From Acidobacteriota bacterium (lineage in GTDB: Bacteria; Acidobacteriota; Vicinamibacteria; Vicinamibacterales; Fen-181), in the NCBI GenBank assembly GCA_017883185.1, contig JADGOB010000004.1, forward strand, positions 5,940 to 69,939: a DNA stretch of 64,000 nucleotides, given 5' to 3'. Shown here piece by piece: positions 28,326 to 36,558 of this stretch. The notes beneath the pieces were generated by a model. It searched no databases. It worked only from the letters and a program-made list of their open reading frames with translations, and was not told the origin of the DNA. A program made the position numbers and the translations under genes. Numbering within the stretch: position 1 is the stretch's first letter; the number at the start of each line of letters is the position of its first letter.

Positions 28326-29807
28326 ATGATCCGCTTGGAGAACAGACAGCTCGATGTGCTTCCCGCTCCGCTGCACAGACCCTGGGTCCGGTCTCGCGAC
28401 CGGCGCACGGCGGTAGCCAGGTTGCTGACCTCCCTTGCCCAGCACCTCAGGGATGGGCAAGAGACCGCGACGCTTCGAGCCCGGTTCGAGGCCGGCCTGC
28501 GAGAGGCGTTGAGGGTGCCGGCCGTCCGGCTGCGCGAGAATCCGCCGCCGTATCTGGCGACGTTGCCGACCGGCGCGGACGCTCCACGCCGCGCCTGTGT
28601 GGACGTGCCCACCAGGCACGGCTCGCCGCGGGTTGTTCTCGAGGCGACGCTCGACTCCGAGATGGTGTTCGATGCCTGGGACAGACAGCTGCTGATGGTC
28701 GCGGCGCAGTTGGCGGCTCTCGTCATCGAGCTGGACCGGCGGCGGAGCAGTCAGCCGCGGTTCTCGAGCGTCGCGCTTCGGCGGGACTCATCGACGCCGT
28801 CGCTGGTCGGTACTAGCCCGGCAATGGCCACCTTGCGCGAGAACATCGAGCGCGTGGCGGCCACGGATTTCACGGTACTCATCCAGGGAGAGAGCGGCAC
28901 GGGCAAGGAACTGGTGGCCCGGCAGCTGCACGAGATGAGCCGTCGCCGGAACGGGCCGTTTGTCGCCGTCAATTGCGCGGCCATTGTCGAATCGCTGCTC
29001 GAGGCCGAGCTGTTTGGTATCGAAGACCGGACGGCCACTGGCGTCCGCGGCCGGCGCGGGAAGTTCGAGCACGCCGATGGGGGCACGCTCTTTCTGGATG
29101 AGGTATCTGACCTCTCGGCGTCGGCGCAGGCCAAGCTGCTCAGAGCCCTTCAGGAGCTGATCGTGGAGCGAGTGGGTGGACACCACAGCCGGAAGGTAGA
29201 CACGCGTATCGTGATCGCGACCAATAGGAGCTTGAGGGAGCTGGCTTCGCACGGTCAGTTTCGCGAGGACCTGTTCTACCGGTTGTCCGGCGTCGAACTT
29301 CACGTGCCCCCTCTCAGGGCCCGCCGACAGGACATCCCGGACCTGTGCGCGCACTTCCTGTCGCGCTACCAGGCGCCGCGGCCGTTGTCTCTCAGCGCGG
29401 AAGCCGCCGAGGCCCTGCAGGTGTACGACTGGCCTGGGAACGTGCGCGAACTGGAACGCCTGATAGAAGGGGCCGTCACGCTGGCGGCGTCCGAGTGGAT
29501 TGGGATCGGCGACCTGCCGCCCACCCTGCGCGGCGACTGCGCCGAGGCCCTGCGCGGGTCCTTGAAGCGCGACGACTCGATGCGGGCGTGGGGGGCGCGT
29601 TATGCCCGTCTCGTGCTCGACCGATGTCAGCAGAACAAACGCAAGGCCTGCCAGGTCCTGGATATCAGCTATCACACGCTCATGGCGTACCTGCAGTGGA
29701 AGCCTGAGCCGTCTGGGGCGCCGGCACGTCCCCAGGACTGGCCAGACCGGAAAGACGAGGGGGAGGCGGAAGGAGGGGAAGGGAAGACGGCGGACGATGG
29801 GGCGTAG
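28326..29807 (+). CDS. Sigma-54 EBP-family regulator (N-terminal GAF-like sensor + AAA+ + Fis-type HTH) with a degenerate GAFTGA loop
   Basis: Walker A GESGTGKE, GGTLFLDEV, and HTH NKRKACQVLDISYHTLMAYL. Start chosen at MIRLENRQ, preceded by ggagg; the track start 28212 would place the promoter-like AT-rich patch inside the CDS. Confidence 0.85.
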   Translation: MIRLENRQLDVLPAPLHRPWVRSRDRRTAVARLLTSLAQHLRDGQETATLRARFEAGLREALRVPAVRLRENPPPYLATLPTGADAPRRACVDVPTRHGSPRVVLEATLDSEMVFDAWDRQLLMVAAQLAALVIELDRRRSSQPRFSSVALRRDSSTPSLVGTSPAMATLRENIERVAATDFTVLIQGESGTGKELVARQLHEMSRRRNGPFVAVNCAAIVESLLEAELFGIEDRTATGVRGRRGKFEHADGGTLFLDEVSDLSASAQAKLLRALQELIVERVGGHHSRKVDTRIVIATNRSLRELASHGQFREDLFYRLSGVELHVPPLRARRQDIPDLCAHFLSRYQAPRPLSLSAEAAEALQVYDWPGNVRELERLIEGAVTLAASEWIGIGDLPPTLRGDCAEALRGSLKRDDSMRAWGARYARLVLDRCQQNKRKACQVLDISYHTLMAYLQWKPEPSGAPARPQDWPDRKDEGEAEGGEGKTADDGA

Positions 29808-29975
29808 GGGAAGGAGAAGGGGGTCGGGCTCAGGGAAGCGAGGTCGGCCAGCGCGGGGCACGCCGCGCATGCCGGGGGCCTCCGGCGCAAACGGTCAGTG
29901 AGGCGGGCTGGGCAGCCACGAGGTCGCGCACTGACGGCGGGTCGGGATGATGACCCGGGGATCCGGAGGTGTGGA

Positions 29976-30803
29976 ATGGGAAGCGAAGGATCGATCACTC
30001 TCATCGATGATCAACAGACGACGACGTCGCGGGCCGACCGGCGTACCTTTCTGAGTCTCGGTCTCGGGTGCGCGGTGCCCGTCCTGGTCGGCGGGAGGGT
30101 GCTGGATGCCACGGGCACGCTGGCTGCGTGGAAGAGGCCGGCTTCCGCCGACCCGGTGATGGACCACGTCAGCCGGGAGCTCATGCGTGCCTACAACGAG
30201 ATGCGTGGGCCGACAGGGATTCGCGGTGAACATGTTCGCACGCTCGCCGCAAGTCTCGACCTGCTTGGTGCGCACTTGGAGGCCAGAGGGGACGATCGGC
30301 GCCTGGACGCGGTTCTTCGTCGGCGCATTCGCGAGAATGGGCGTGAAGGGACCGTGCAGGAGTTGAGCGCCAGGTATGCCGACCTGGCAGTTGGGCTGAG
30401 CCTTCAGCACGGTGTGGTCTCGCGCGTGGAGACAGACGACCAGCGCTCGCTCGCGGCGCTCGATTCGCTCGTCACGCACGGGGTCGCGGGGAGGCTGCGC
30501 GGCTCCAACAGCGGGCTTCGCCAGTTGGCTGCCAACATCGACCGGGCGAAGGCGGTCCAGCACGCGAAGCCCGTCGCCGTGGTGCTTCGCCAGAAACCGG
30601 GGGACGACTTTCTTGGGTACCCAGCTCCTGAGGGGCACATGACTTGGTGTACCTTCTTGGCAGCAATGGCGAACGGCATGGCGATGATTGCGGCAATTCT
30701 CGGGGCCACGGGGTTGGTACCGGCCGCGGCGGAGGTGGGAATTGCCGCGGCGGCATTGCAGGTCTTGCAGGACGCCCTATGCCAGTTGGCAGACGCTCCC
30801 TGA
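29976..30803 (+). CDS. Hypothetical Tat-signal protein with a hydrophobic C-terminal segment
   Basis: RBS ggaggtg precedes the ATG at 29976. The twin-arginine motif is SRADRRTFLSLGLGCAVPVLVGG. The body is helical and the C-terminus reads FLAAMANGMAMIAAILGATGLVPAAAEVGIAAAAL. No family was recognised. Confidence 0.6.
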   Translation: MGSEGSITLIDDQQTTTSRADRRTFLSLGLGCAVPVLVGGRVLDATGTLAAWKRPASADPVMDHVSRELMRAYNEMRGPTGIRGEHVRTLAASLDLLGAHLEARGDDRRLDAVLRRRIRENGREGTVQELSARYADLAVGLSLQHGVVSRVETDDQRSLAALDSLVTHGVAGRLRGSNSGLRQLAANIDRAKAVQHAKPVAVVLRQKPGDDFLGYPAPEGHMTWCTFLAAMANGMAMIAAILGATGLVPAAAEVGIAAAALQVLQDALCQLADAP

Positions 30804-31066
30804 TGTGGACGCGGATTTTCTTCTGGTCCAGTGCGGTATCGGCGCTCACGGCGTTTTGGTGGGCCGTGCGCCACGCCACGTTCCCAACGCCACGGCTCGT
30901 GGAATGGTCCGTCTTCACTCTCATGCTGTTCGTGCTGTTCGTGGTGACCACGCTGCGAACGGTCAGGCAGCTGGCGACGGCCGAACCAGCCGTCGCCCAG
31001 CAGAAGGTGCTGGTTGTGAGCGCCATCGGGCTCATCCTGGTGGCTTTCGCGCTCAGGCTTCGCTGA
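30803..31066 (+). CDS. Small (87 aa) three-helix membrane protein, translationally coupled to 29976..30803
   Basis: The ATG overlaps the upstream TGA (ATGA at 30801..30805). Hydrophobic segments are IFFWSSAVSALTAFWWAV, WSVFTLMLFVLFVVTTL and VLVVSAIGLILVAFAL. Confidence 0.55.
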   Translation: MWTRIFFWSSAVSALTAFWWAVRHATFPTPRLVEWSVFTLMLFVLFVVTTLRTVRQLATAEPAVAQQKVLVVSAIGLILVAFALRLR

Positions 31067-31084
31067 CGACGCTGTGGCCGAGCG

Positions 31085-31117
31085 GGGGGAGCGGCACAGG
31101 TCGGTTGCCGCTCCCCC
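31085..31117 (+). terminator. 12-bp perfect stem-loop GGGGGAGCGGCA-N9-TGCCGCTCCCCC after the small membrane protein gene
   Basis: Read directly, 19 nt after the stop at 31066. There is no U-tract, so an intrinsic-terminator function is uncertain. Confidence 0.4.
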
Positions 31118-31235
31118 GCGGTCGACGCCACCGGATCCGACGGCCGGTTTCGCGCCTCGCACCTCTGATTCAAGCTCGGCCGTGTGCCCGCCGCTCTCAC
31201 CTCGCGAACGCGCCGGATCCCTGCCATCCGACGTC

Positions 31236-31265
31236 TTGACCCCACGCGCGCCCGCATAGTAGTGT
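31236..31265 (+). promoter_or_regulatory. Weak sigma-70-like promoter candidate upstream of gcvT (TTGACC-N18-TAGTGT)
   Basis: TTGACC at 31236..31241 and a -10-like TAGTGT at 31260..31265, about 45 nt upstream of the gcvT ATG. By-eye match only. Confidence 0.25.
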
Positions 31266-31308
31266 TACGTGTCTGTCAGGCATTCGCCCCTTCGTTCCTG
31301 ACCATCCG

Positions 31309-32424
31309 ATGACTCCAGCGACTTCACCCCCTCTCAAGACGTCTCTGAACGGATGGCACCGGGCCCACGGCGGACGCATGGAGGTCTTCGCCGGATGGGA
31401 CATGCCGGTCGAATACTCGGGCCTCGCCGTCGAGCACATGGCGGTGCGCACGCGGGCCGGGCTCTTCGATGTCTCGCACATGGGACAGGTGGAGCTGGCG
31501 GGCAAGGACGCGCTGGCCGCCGTCCAGCACATGACGAGCAACGACGCTGGCAAGCTGAAGATCGGCCAGGCCCAGTACTCGGGCCTGACGACGCCGGCGG
31601 GGACGTTCGTCGATGACCTGCTGGTGTACCGGTTCGCCACCGACCATTTCCTCTTCGTGGTCAACGCGTCCAATGTGGGCAAGGACTTCGCGTGGATCAC
31701 CGAGCAGGCAAAGCCGTTTGGCGATGTCTCGGCCGTCAACACCAGCGCGCGCTACGCGCTCATCGCGCTCCAGGGACCGGCGGCCTGCGACGTCCTGCAG
31801 ACCTTGACCGACGTGGATCTCGGGGCGATCGCATACTACTGGTTCGCGCACGGGGAAGTGGCCGGCGTGCGCGTCACGATCTCGCGCACCGGGTACACGG
31901 GTGAACGCGGGTTCGAGATCTTCACGCCGCCGCAGTCGGCCGTGAGGGTGTGGGACGCGGTCCTGCAGGCCGGCCGCAGCGCCGACGTGGTCCCGGCGGG
32001 CCTCGGCGCCCGCGACACGCTTCGACTCGAAGCGGCGATGCGTCTGTACGGGAACGACATCGACGACACGACCACCGTACTCGAGGCCGATCTCGAGTGG
32101 ATCGTCGGGTGGGACAAGGGCGAGTTCACCGGCCGCGCGGTGCTTGCCGATCAGAAGGCGCGCGGGCTGTCGCGGCGTATCGTGGGATTCGAGATGGTGG
32201 ACCGCGCCATCGCCCGGCACGGGTACGACGTGTACCTCGACGGCGCGAAGGCGGGGACCGTGACGAGCGGGACCCAGACCCCGTTCATGAAGAAGGCGAT
32301 CGGCATGGCGTACCTGCCGGTTGCCCGTACCGAGCCTGGCACCGAGTTCGAGGTGGACGTCCGGGGCCGTCGCGCGAAGGCCCGCGTGGTGCCGTTGCCA
32401 TTCTACAAACGTCCGAAGGGGTGA
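31309..32424 (+). CDS. gcvT: Glycine cleavage system aminomethyltransferase (T protein)
   Basis: Motifs GWDMPVEYSG..EHMAVRTRAGLFDVSHMGQVEL and TGYTGERGFEI. It is the first gene of gcvT-H-PA-PB. Confidence 0.95.
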   Translation: MTPATSPPLKTSLNGWHRAHGGRMEVFAGWDMPVEYSGLAVEHMAVRTRAGLFDVSHMGQVELAGKDALAAVQHMTSNDAGKLKIGQAQYSGLTTPAGTFVDDLLVYRFATDHFLFVVNASNVGKDFAWITEQAKPFGDVSAVNTSARYALIALQGPAACDVLQTLTDVDLGAIAYYWFAHGEVAGVRVTISRTGYTGERGFEIFTPPQSAVRVWDAVLQAGRSADVVPAGLGARDTLRLEAAMRLYGNDIDDTTTVLEADLEWIVGWDKGEFTGRAVLADQKARGLSRRIVGFEMVDRAIARHGYDVYLDGAKAGTVTSGTQTPFMKKAIGMAYLPVARTEPGTEFEVDVRGRRAKARVVPLPFYKRPKG

Positions 32425-32427
32425 CCG

Positions 32428-32793
32428 ATGTATCCGCAGACCTACAAGTACACGAACGACCACGAGTGGATCGACCTGGCCACTGGGCGCATGGGCGTCA
32501 CCGACTACGCCCAGAAACAGCTCGGCGACATCGTCTTTCTCGAACTGCCCGAGGTGGGGAAGACGGTGAAGAAGGGTGAGCAGATGGGTTCGGTGGAGTC
32601 GGTCAAGGCCGTCTCGGAGATCTTTGCCCCGGTCTCGGGCACAATCGCCGAGGTCAACGCCGGGCTCGCCGAGAAGCCCGAGAGCATCAACCTCGATGCG
32701 CACGGCAGCTGGATGGTCGCGATCACGCCTGCCGATCCGGCCGAGGCGCAGGAACTTCTCGATGCCGCGCAATACGCAGAGCTGACCAAGTGA
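32428..32793 (+). CDS. gcvH: Glycine cleavage system H protein (lipoyl carrier)
   Basis: Motifs YTNDHEWI and the lipoyl-lysine motif GSVESVKAVSEIFAPVSG. Confidence 0.95.
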   Translation: MYPQTYKYTNDHEWIDLATGRMGVTDYAQKQLGDIVFLELPEVGKTVKKGEQMGSVESVKAVSEIFAPVSGTIAEVNAGLAEKPESINLDAHGSWMVAITPADPAEAQELLDAAQYAELTK

Positions 32794-34142
32794 CGCACCG
32801 CTATATACCCAACACAGACCAGGACGCGCGCCGGATGCTCGAGGCCATCGGGGTCCCGAGCATCGACGCGCTGTTCGAGCCGGTTCCCGCTGCTGTTCGG
32901 CTCCAGCGCGAGCTCGACCTGCCGCCGGCGCTTTCCGAGCCCGACCTGACGGCGCACCTGGGTGCGCTGGCCGGGCAGAACGCCGACCCATCGACGCACG
33001 CGGTCTTCCTTGGGGCGGGAGCCTACAGGCACTTTGCGCCCAGCTTCATCGACCAGCTCCTGTTGCGCTCCGAGTTCTACACCGCCTACACGCCGTACCA
33101 GCCGGAGATCGCGCAGGGGACGCTGCAGGCGATCTTCGAGTTCCAGACGCTCGTGTCGGAACTGATGGGGACCGACCTGGCGAACGCCTCGATGTACGAC
33201 GGCAGCACCGCGATGACCGAAGCCGCCATGATGGCCTGCCGCCTCACCAAGCGCGACCGCATCGTCGTCGCCCGCAGCGTGCACCCGCATTACCGCGAGG
33301 TGCTCGACACCTACGCGAAGAACCTGGGGCTGTCGATCGTGGAGGTGGGCTACCTGCCGGACGGCACGCTTGACGTGGGCGCGCTGGCCGACGCCGCGAA
33401 GGGCGCGGCGGGGGTGGTCTTCCAGTATCCGAACTTCTTCGGGGTGATCGAGGATCCCCGGAAAGCGGTCGAAGTCGCCCGCGCGGCCGGTGCGCTGAGC
33501 GTGGCCGTCGTGGCCGAGCCAGTGGCCATGGGGCTGCTGGCGCCGCCTGGAAGCCTCGGTGTCGATATCGTGGCGGCGGAGTTGCAGGCATTCGGCGTGC
33601 CGCTGGGCTACGGCGGACCGTACTGCGGGGTCATCGCCGCGTCCGAGAAGTGCATGCGGCAGATGCCGGGACGGTTCGTGGGCATGGCGACGGATACCGA
33701 GGGACGAACCGGCTTCGTGCTTACGCTCGCCACGCGCGAGCAGCACATCAGGCGCGAGAAGGCGACGTCGAACATCTGCACCAACTCCGGCCTGATGGCC
33801 CTGGCGGCCACGATGTTCATGGCGGCCTACGGCAAGGAAGGGCTGCCGGAACTCGCCCGTCTCAATTTCGACAAGGCGCACTACGCCGAGGCGGCCATCC
33901 GAAAGGCGGGCGCGAAGGCGGGTGTCACCCTGCGGTTCGTGGCGCCGTTCTTCAACGAATTCGTCATCGGCGGGCTCGGCGACGGGGCGGCGGTGCAGAA
34001 GCGGCTGCTCGGTTCGGGCATCATCGCCGGGTTGCCACTCGAGCGGTATTACCCCGAGTTGCGCGATTCGCTGCTCGTCTGCGTAACCGAGTTGAACCGT
34101 GCGGAAGAGATCGATCGCCTGGCGGAAGCGCTGGCGGGGTAG
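32790..34142 (+). CDS. gcvPA: Glycine dehydrogenase (decarboxylating) subunit 1
   Basis: Motifs YIPNTDQD...FLGAGAYRHFAPSFIDQLLLRSEFYTAYTPYQPEIAQGTLQAIFEFQT. The start overlaps the gcvH stop. Confidence 0.95.
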   Translation: MTHRYIPNTDQDARRMLEAIGVPSIDALFEPVPAAVRLQRELDLPPALSEPDLTAHLGALAGQNADPSTHAVFLGAGAYRHFAPSFIDQLLLRSEFYTAYTPYQPEIAQGTLQAIFEFQTLVSELMGTDLANASMYDGSTAMTEAAMMACRLTKRDRIVVARSVHPHYREVLDTYAKNLGLSIVEVGYLPDGTLDVGALADAAKGAAGVVFQYPNFFGVIEDPRKAVEVARAAGALSVAVVAEPVAMGLLAPPGSLGVDIVAAELQAFGVPLGYGGPYCGVIAASEKCMRQMPGRFVGMATDTEGRTGFVLTLATREQHIRREKATSNICTNSGLMALAATMFMAAYGKEGLPELARLNFDKAHYAEAAIRKAGAKAGVTLRFVAPFFNEFVIGGLGDGAAVQKRLLGSGIIAGLPLERYYPELRDSLLVCVTELNRAEEIDRLAEALAG

Positions 34143-34164
34143 GTTTTCAGGAACAAGTGAACTC

Positions 34165-35637
34165 ATGACGACACCCGATCATCGCGATCAGTTGATCTTC
34201 GAGCTGAGCACGCCGGGCCGCAAGGGCTACTCGCTGCCCGCGCACGACGTGCCGCCGGCTCCGCTCGAGGGCGGCGTGCCCGACGGGCTGCTGCGCAGCG
34301 GGCTCGCGGGATTCCCCGAGATGACCGAAGTGGGCCTCGTGCGCCACTTCACGCGCCTGTCCACCTGGAACTATGGCGTGGACACGGGAATGTACCCGCT
34401 GGGTTCCTGCACGATGAAGTACAACCCCAAGGTGAACGAGGCGGCCGCCCGGATGCGCGGCTTCGCCGAGGTACACCCCCTGGCGCCCGACGAGGCGGCG
34501 CAGGGCGCGTTGGCGATCATGCACGCCCTCGCCGGCATGCTCGGTGAGATCACGGGGCTGCCAACCGTGTCGCTGCAGCCGGCGGCCGGCGCGCACGGCG
34601 AGCTGACCGGGATGATGATGATCCGCAAGCGGCTCATCACCCGCGACGGCCACCCGCGGAAGCTCGTGCTCATCCCGGATTCCGCCCACGGCACGAACCC
34701 GTCGAGCGCCCACCTCTGCGGCTACCAGGTGCGCGAAATCAAGTCGTGCGCCCGGGGCAACCTCTCGGTCTCGGTCCTGGCGGAAGCGATGACGCCAGAG
34801 GTCGCGGGGCTGATGCTCACCAACCCGAACACCCTCGGGATGTTCGAGGACGAGATCTGCGACGCGGCGCGCATCGTCCACGAAAAGGGCGGCCTGGTGT
34901 ACTGCGACGGCGCGAACATGAACGCGTTGATCGGCAAGGCGCGGCCGGGCGACTTCGGCGTGGACATCATGCACCTGAACCTGCACAAGACCTTCTCGAC
35001 GCCTCACGGCGGCGGGGGACCGGGGTCAGGCCCGGTGGTGGCGACCAGGGAATTCGAGCCGTTCTTGCCCACGCCGGTCGTGGTGGCCACCCGCGACGGC
35101 CTGCGCCTCGACTACGACCGGCCGCTGTCGATCGGCCGCGTGAAGGCGTTCCACGGTAACTTCGGAATGATCCTCCGCGCCTATGCCTACATCCGTGCGC
35201 TCGGCCCGAAGGGGATCAGGGAGAGCGCGGAGAACGCGGTGCTCAATGCCAACTACGTGCGGGCGCGCCTGCGCGACGCGTACGAGGTGCCGTACGACCG
35301 CGTCAACATGCACGAGGTGATCTTCTCGGATCACAAGCAGAACGAATACGGCGTGACGACGCTCGACATCGCGAAACGCCTGATCGACCTCGGGTTCCAC
35401 CCGCCGACGATCTACTTCCCGCTGATCGTGCACGGCGCGCTGATGGTCGAGCCGACCGAGAGCGAAGGCCTGGACGAACTCGATCGATTCGTAGAAGCGA
35501 TGCTGCAGATCGCGGAGGAGGCCCGGACGAATCCGGACCTGCTGAAGAAGGCGCCGGTTACGACACGGCGCAGCCGGTTCGACGAAGCCACCGCGGCGCG
35601 GAAGCCTATCCTCAAGTGGACGAGGCCGGTGGGATAA
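34165..35637 (+). CDS. gcvPB: Glycine dehydrogenase (decarboxylating) subunit 2
   Basis: Start at MTTPDHRDQLIFELS. Motifs LGSCTMKYNPK and the PLP region HLNLHKTFSTPHGGGGPG. Confidence 0.95.
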   Translation: MTTPDHRDQLIFELSTPGRKGYSLPAHDVPPAPLEGGVPDGLLRSGLAGFPEMTEVGLVRHFTRLSTWNYGVDTGMYPLGSCTMKYNPKVNEAAARMRGFAEVHPLAPDEAAQGALAIMHALAGMLGEITGLPTVSLQPAAGAHGELTGMMMIRKRLITRDGHPRKLVLIPDSAHGTNPSSAHLCGYQVREIKSCARGNLSVSVLAEAMTPEVAGLMLTNPNTLGMFEDEICDAARIVHEKGGLVYCDGANMNALIGKARPGDFGVDIMHLNLHKTFSTPHGGGGPGSGPVVATREFEPFLPTPVVVATRDGLRLDYDRPLSIGRVKAFHGNFGMILRAYAYIRALGPKGIRESAENAVLNANYVRARLRDAYEVPYDRVNMHEVIFSDHKQNEYGVTTLDIAKRLIDLGFHPPTIYFPLIVHGALMVEPTESEGLDELDRFVEAMLQIAEEARTNPDLLKKAPVTTRRSRFDEATAARKPILKWTRPVG

Positions 35638-35641
35638 GGCA

Positions 35642-35682
35642 GGGACGAGGGATCCAGGGGTTAGGGGTTAGGGAATTGAGGG
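35642..35682 (+). repeat. G-tract array with telomere-like units (GGG-acga-GGG-atcca-GGGG-tta-GGGG-tta-GGG-aattga-GGG); potential G-quadruplex
   Basis: Read directly, starting 5 nt after the gcvPB stop. There are six runs of three or more G within 41 nt on the sense strand. Confidence 0.7.
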
Positions 35683-35720
35683 CCGGATCGGCTGGATGCC
35701 GCTCCGGCCCTTTGTTTCTC
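35680..35720 (+). terminator. Rho-independent terminator candidate for the gcv operon
   Basis: Stem GGGCCGGA...TCCGGCCC (35680..35687 and 35703..35710) followed by TTTGTTTCT. Confidence 0.65.
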
Positions 35721-35728
35721 AGGGCCGG

Positions 35729-36532
35729 TTAGCAGGGCCCCTCGCTGACGAGGAACTCGGACGGGTGCCGCCGGCCGTAGGCGATATCCAGCAACGTGTC
35801 GGCCGCGACCGTGAGCGGGTCAACGACCGGGGCGGACTGGAAGACGTCCACGGTCAGGCCGACCGACACCTCCGTGCAGGCGGGGACGATGACCGTGGCG
35901 CCGTGCGCCTGGCACCAGCGGGCGGCCGAGACGAGATGCTCGCGCGCCTCGTCGGAGACCCGCGCGCCGGTCGCCTTGATGCCGATCGATTCATCGAAGA
36001 TCGCTGACAAGACGCGTCGTTGGGGTTCCGAATCGATGTCGGGTGCCACCGGGACCAGCCCGTGGGCCTCGAGCGCGCAATGAAAGAGGCGCGTTCGGAG
36101 CGTCGCGTCGGTCGCGAGGATCCCGACACCGGTCCCGGCCGGGTATGAGGCCCGCAGCCAAGCCGCGACAATGTCCATCAGGTGGACCCACGGGATCGTC
36201 AGCGCGCGCTGGACCTCGGCGTGATAGGCGTGCGCGGTGTTGCAGACGACGAAGATCGCATCGGCGCCGGCCCGCTCGAGTCCCCGCGTGAAGGCCGCCA
36301 GGTGCGGCGCAGGGCTCGGTCCGTTCCTCAAGAGCGCCTCGGAGCGATCGGGAGTGGACGTGGCGTTGGCGACCAGCCACACCGGGTGGTCACGGTCGGA
36401 CCGGGCTCCGTGTCGCTCGCCGCGCGCCAGAATTTCCCGCTCGAACTGGACGTGGGCGAGCGGGCCGAGGCCGCCGAGAATACCCGGTACGAACACCTGC
36501 CCGGGCGCGAGCAGGAAAGCGGGGAGTGCCAT
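35729..36532 (-). CDS. Aspartate/glutamate racemase family protein
   Basis: Start at MALPAFLLAPGQVFVPGILGGLGPLA (ATG 36532). Two catalytic Cys motifs are present, VVCNTAHAY and VIVPACTEVS. The 5' extension of the track ORF to 36841 crosses a gene remnant in another frame. Confidence 0.85.
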   Translation of the reverse strand: MALPAFLLAPGQVFVPGILGGLGPLAHVQFEREILARGERHGARSDRDHPVWLVANATSTPDRSEALLRNGPSPAPHLAAFTRGLERAGADAIFVVCNTAHAYHAEVQRALTIPWVHLMDIVAAWLRASYPAGTGVGILATDATLRTRLFHCALEAHGLVPVAPDIDSEPQRRVLSAIFDESIGIKATGARVSDEAREHLVSAARWCQAHGATVIVPACTEVSVGLTVDVFQSAPVVDPLTVAADTLLDIAYGRRHPSEFLVSEGPC

Positions 36533-36558
36533 CTTTTTCGTTCCCAAACAAGGCCGGG

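Noticed and set aside
35657-35673. GGGGTTAGGGGTTAGGG as a telomere or a sign of a linear replicon end.
   Set aside because: There are only two or three units, embedded between two ordinary convergent genes and overlapping a terminator hairpin. It is not terminal sequence.
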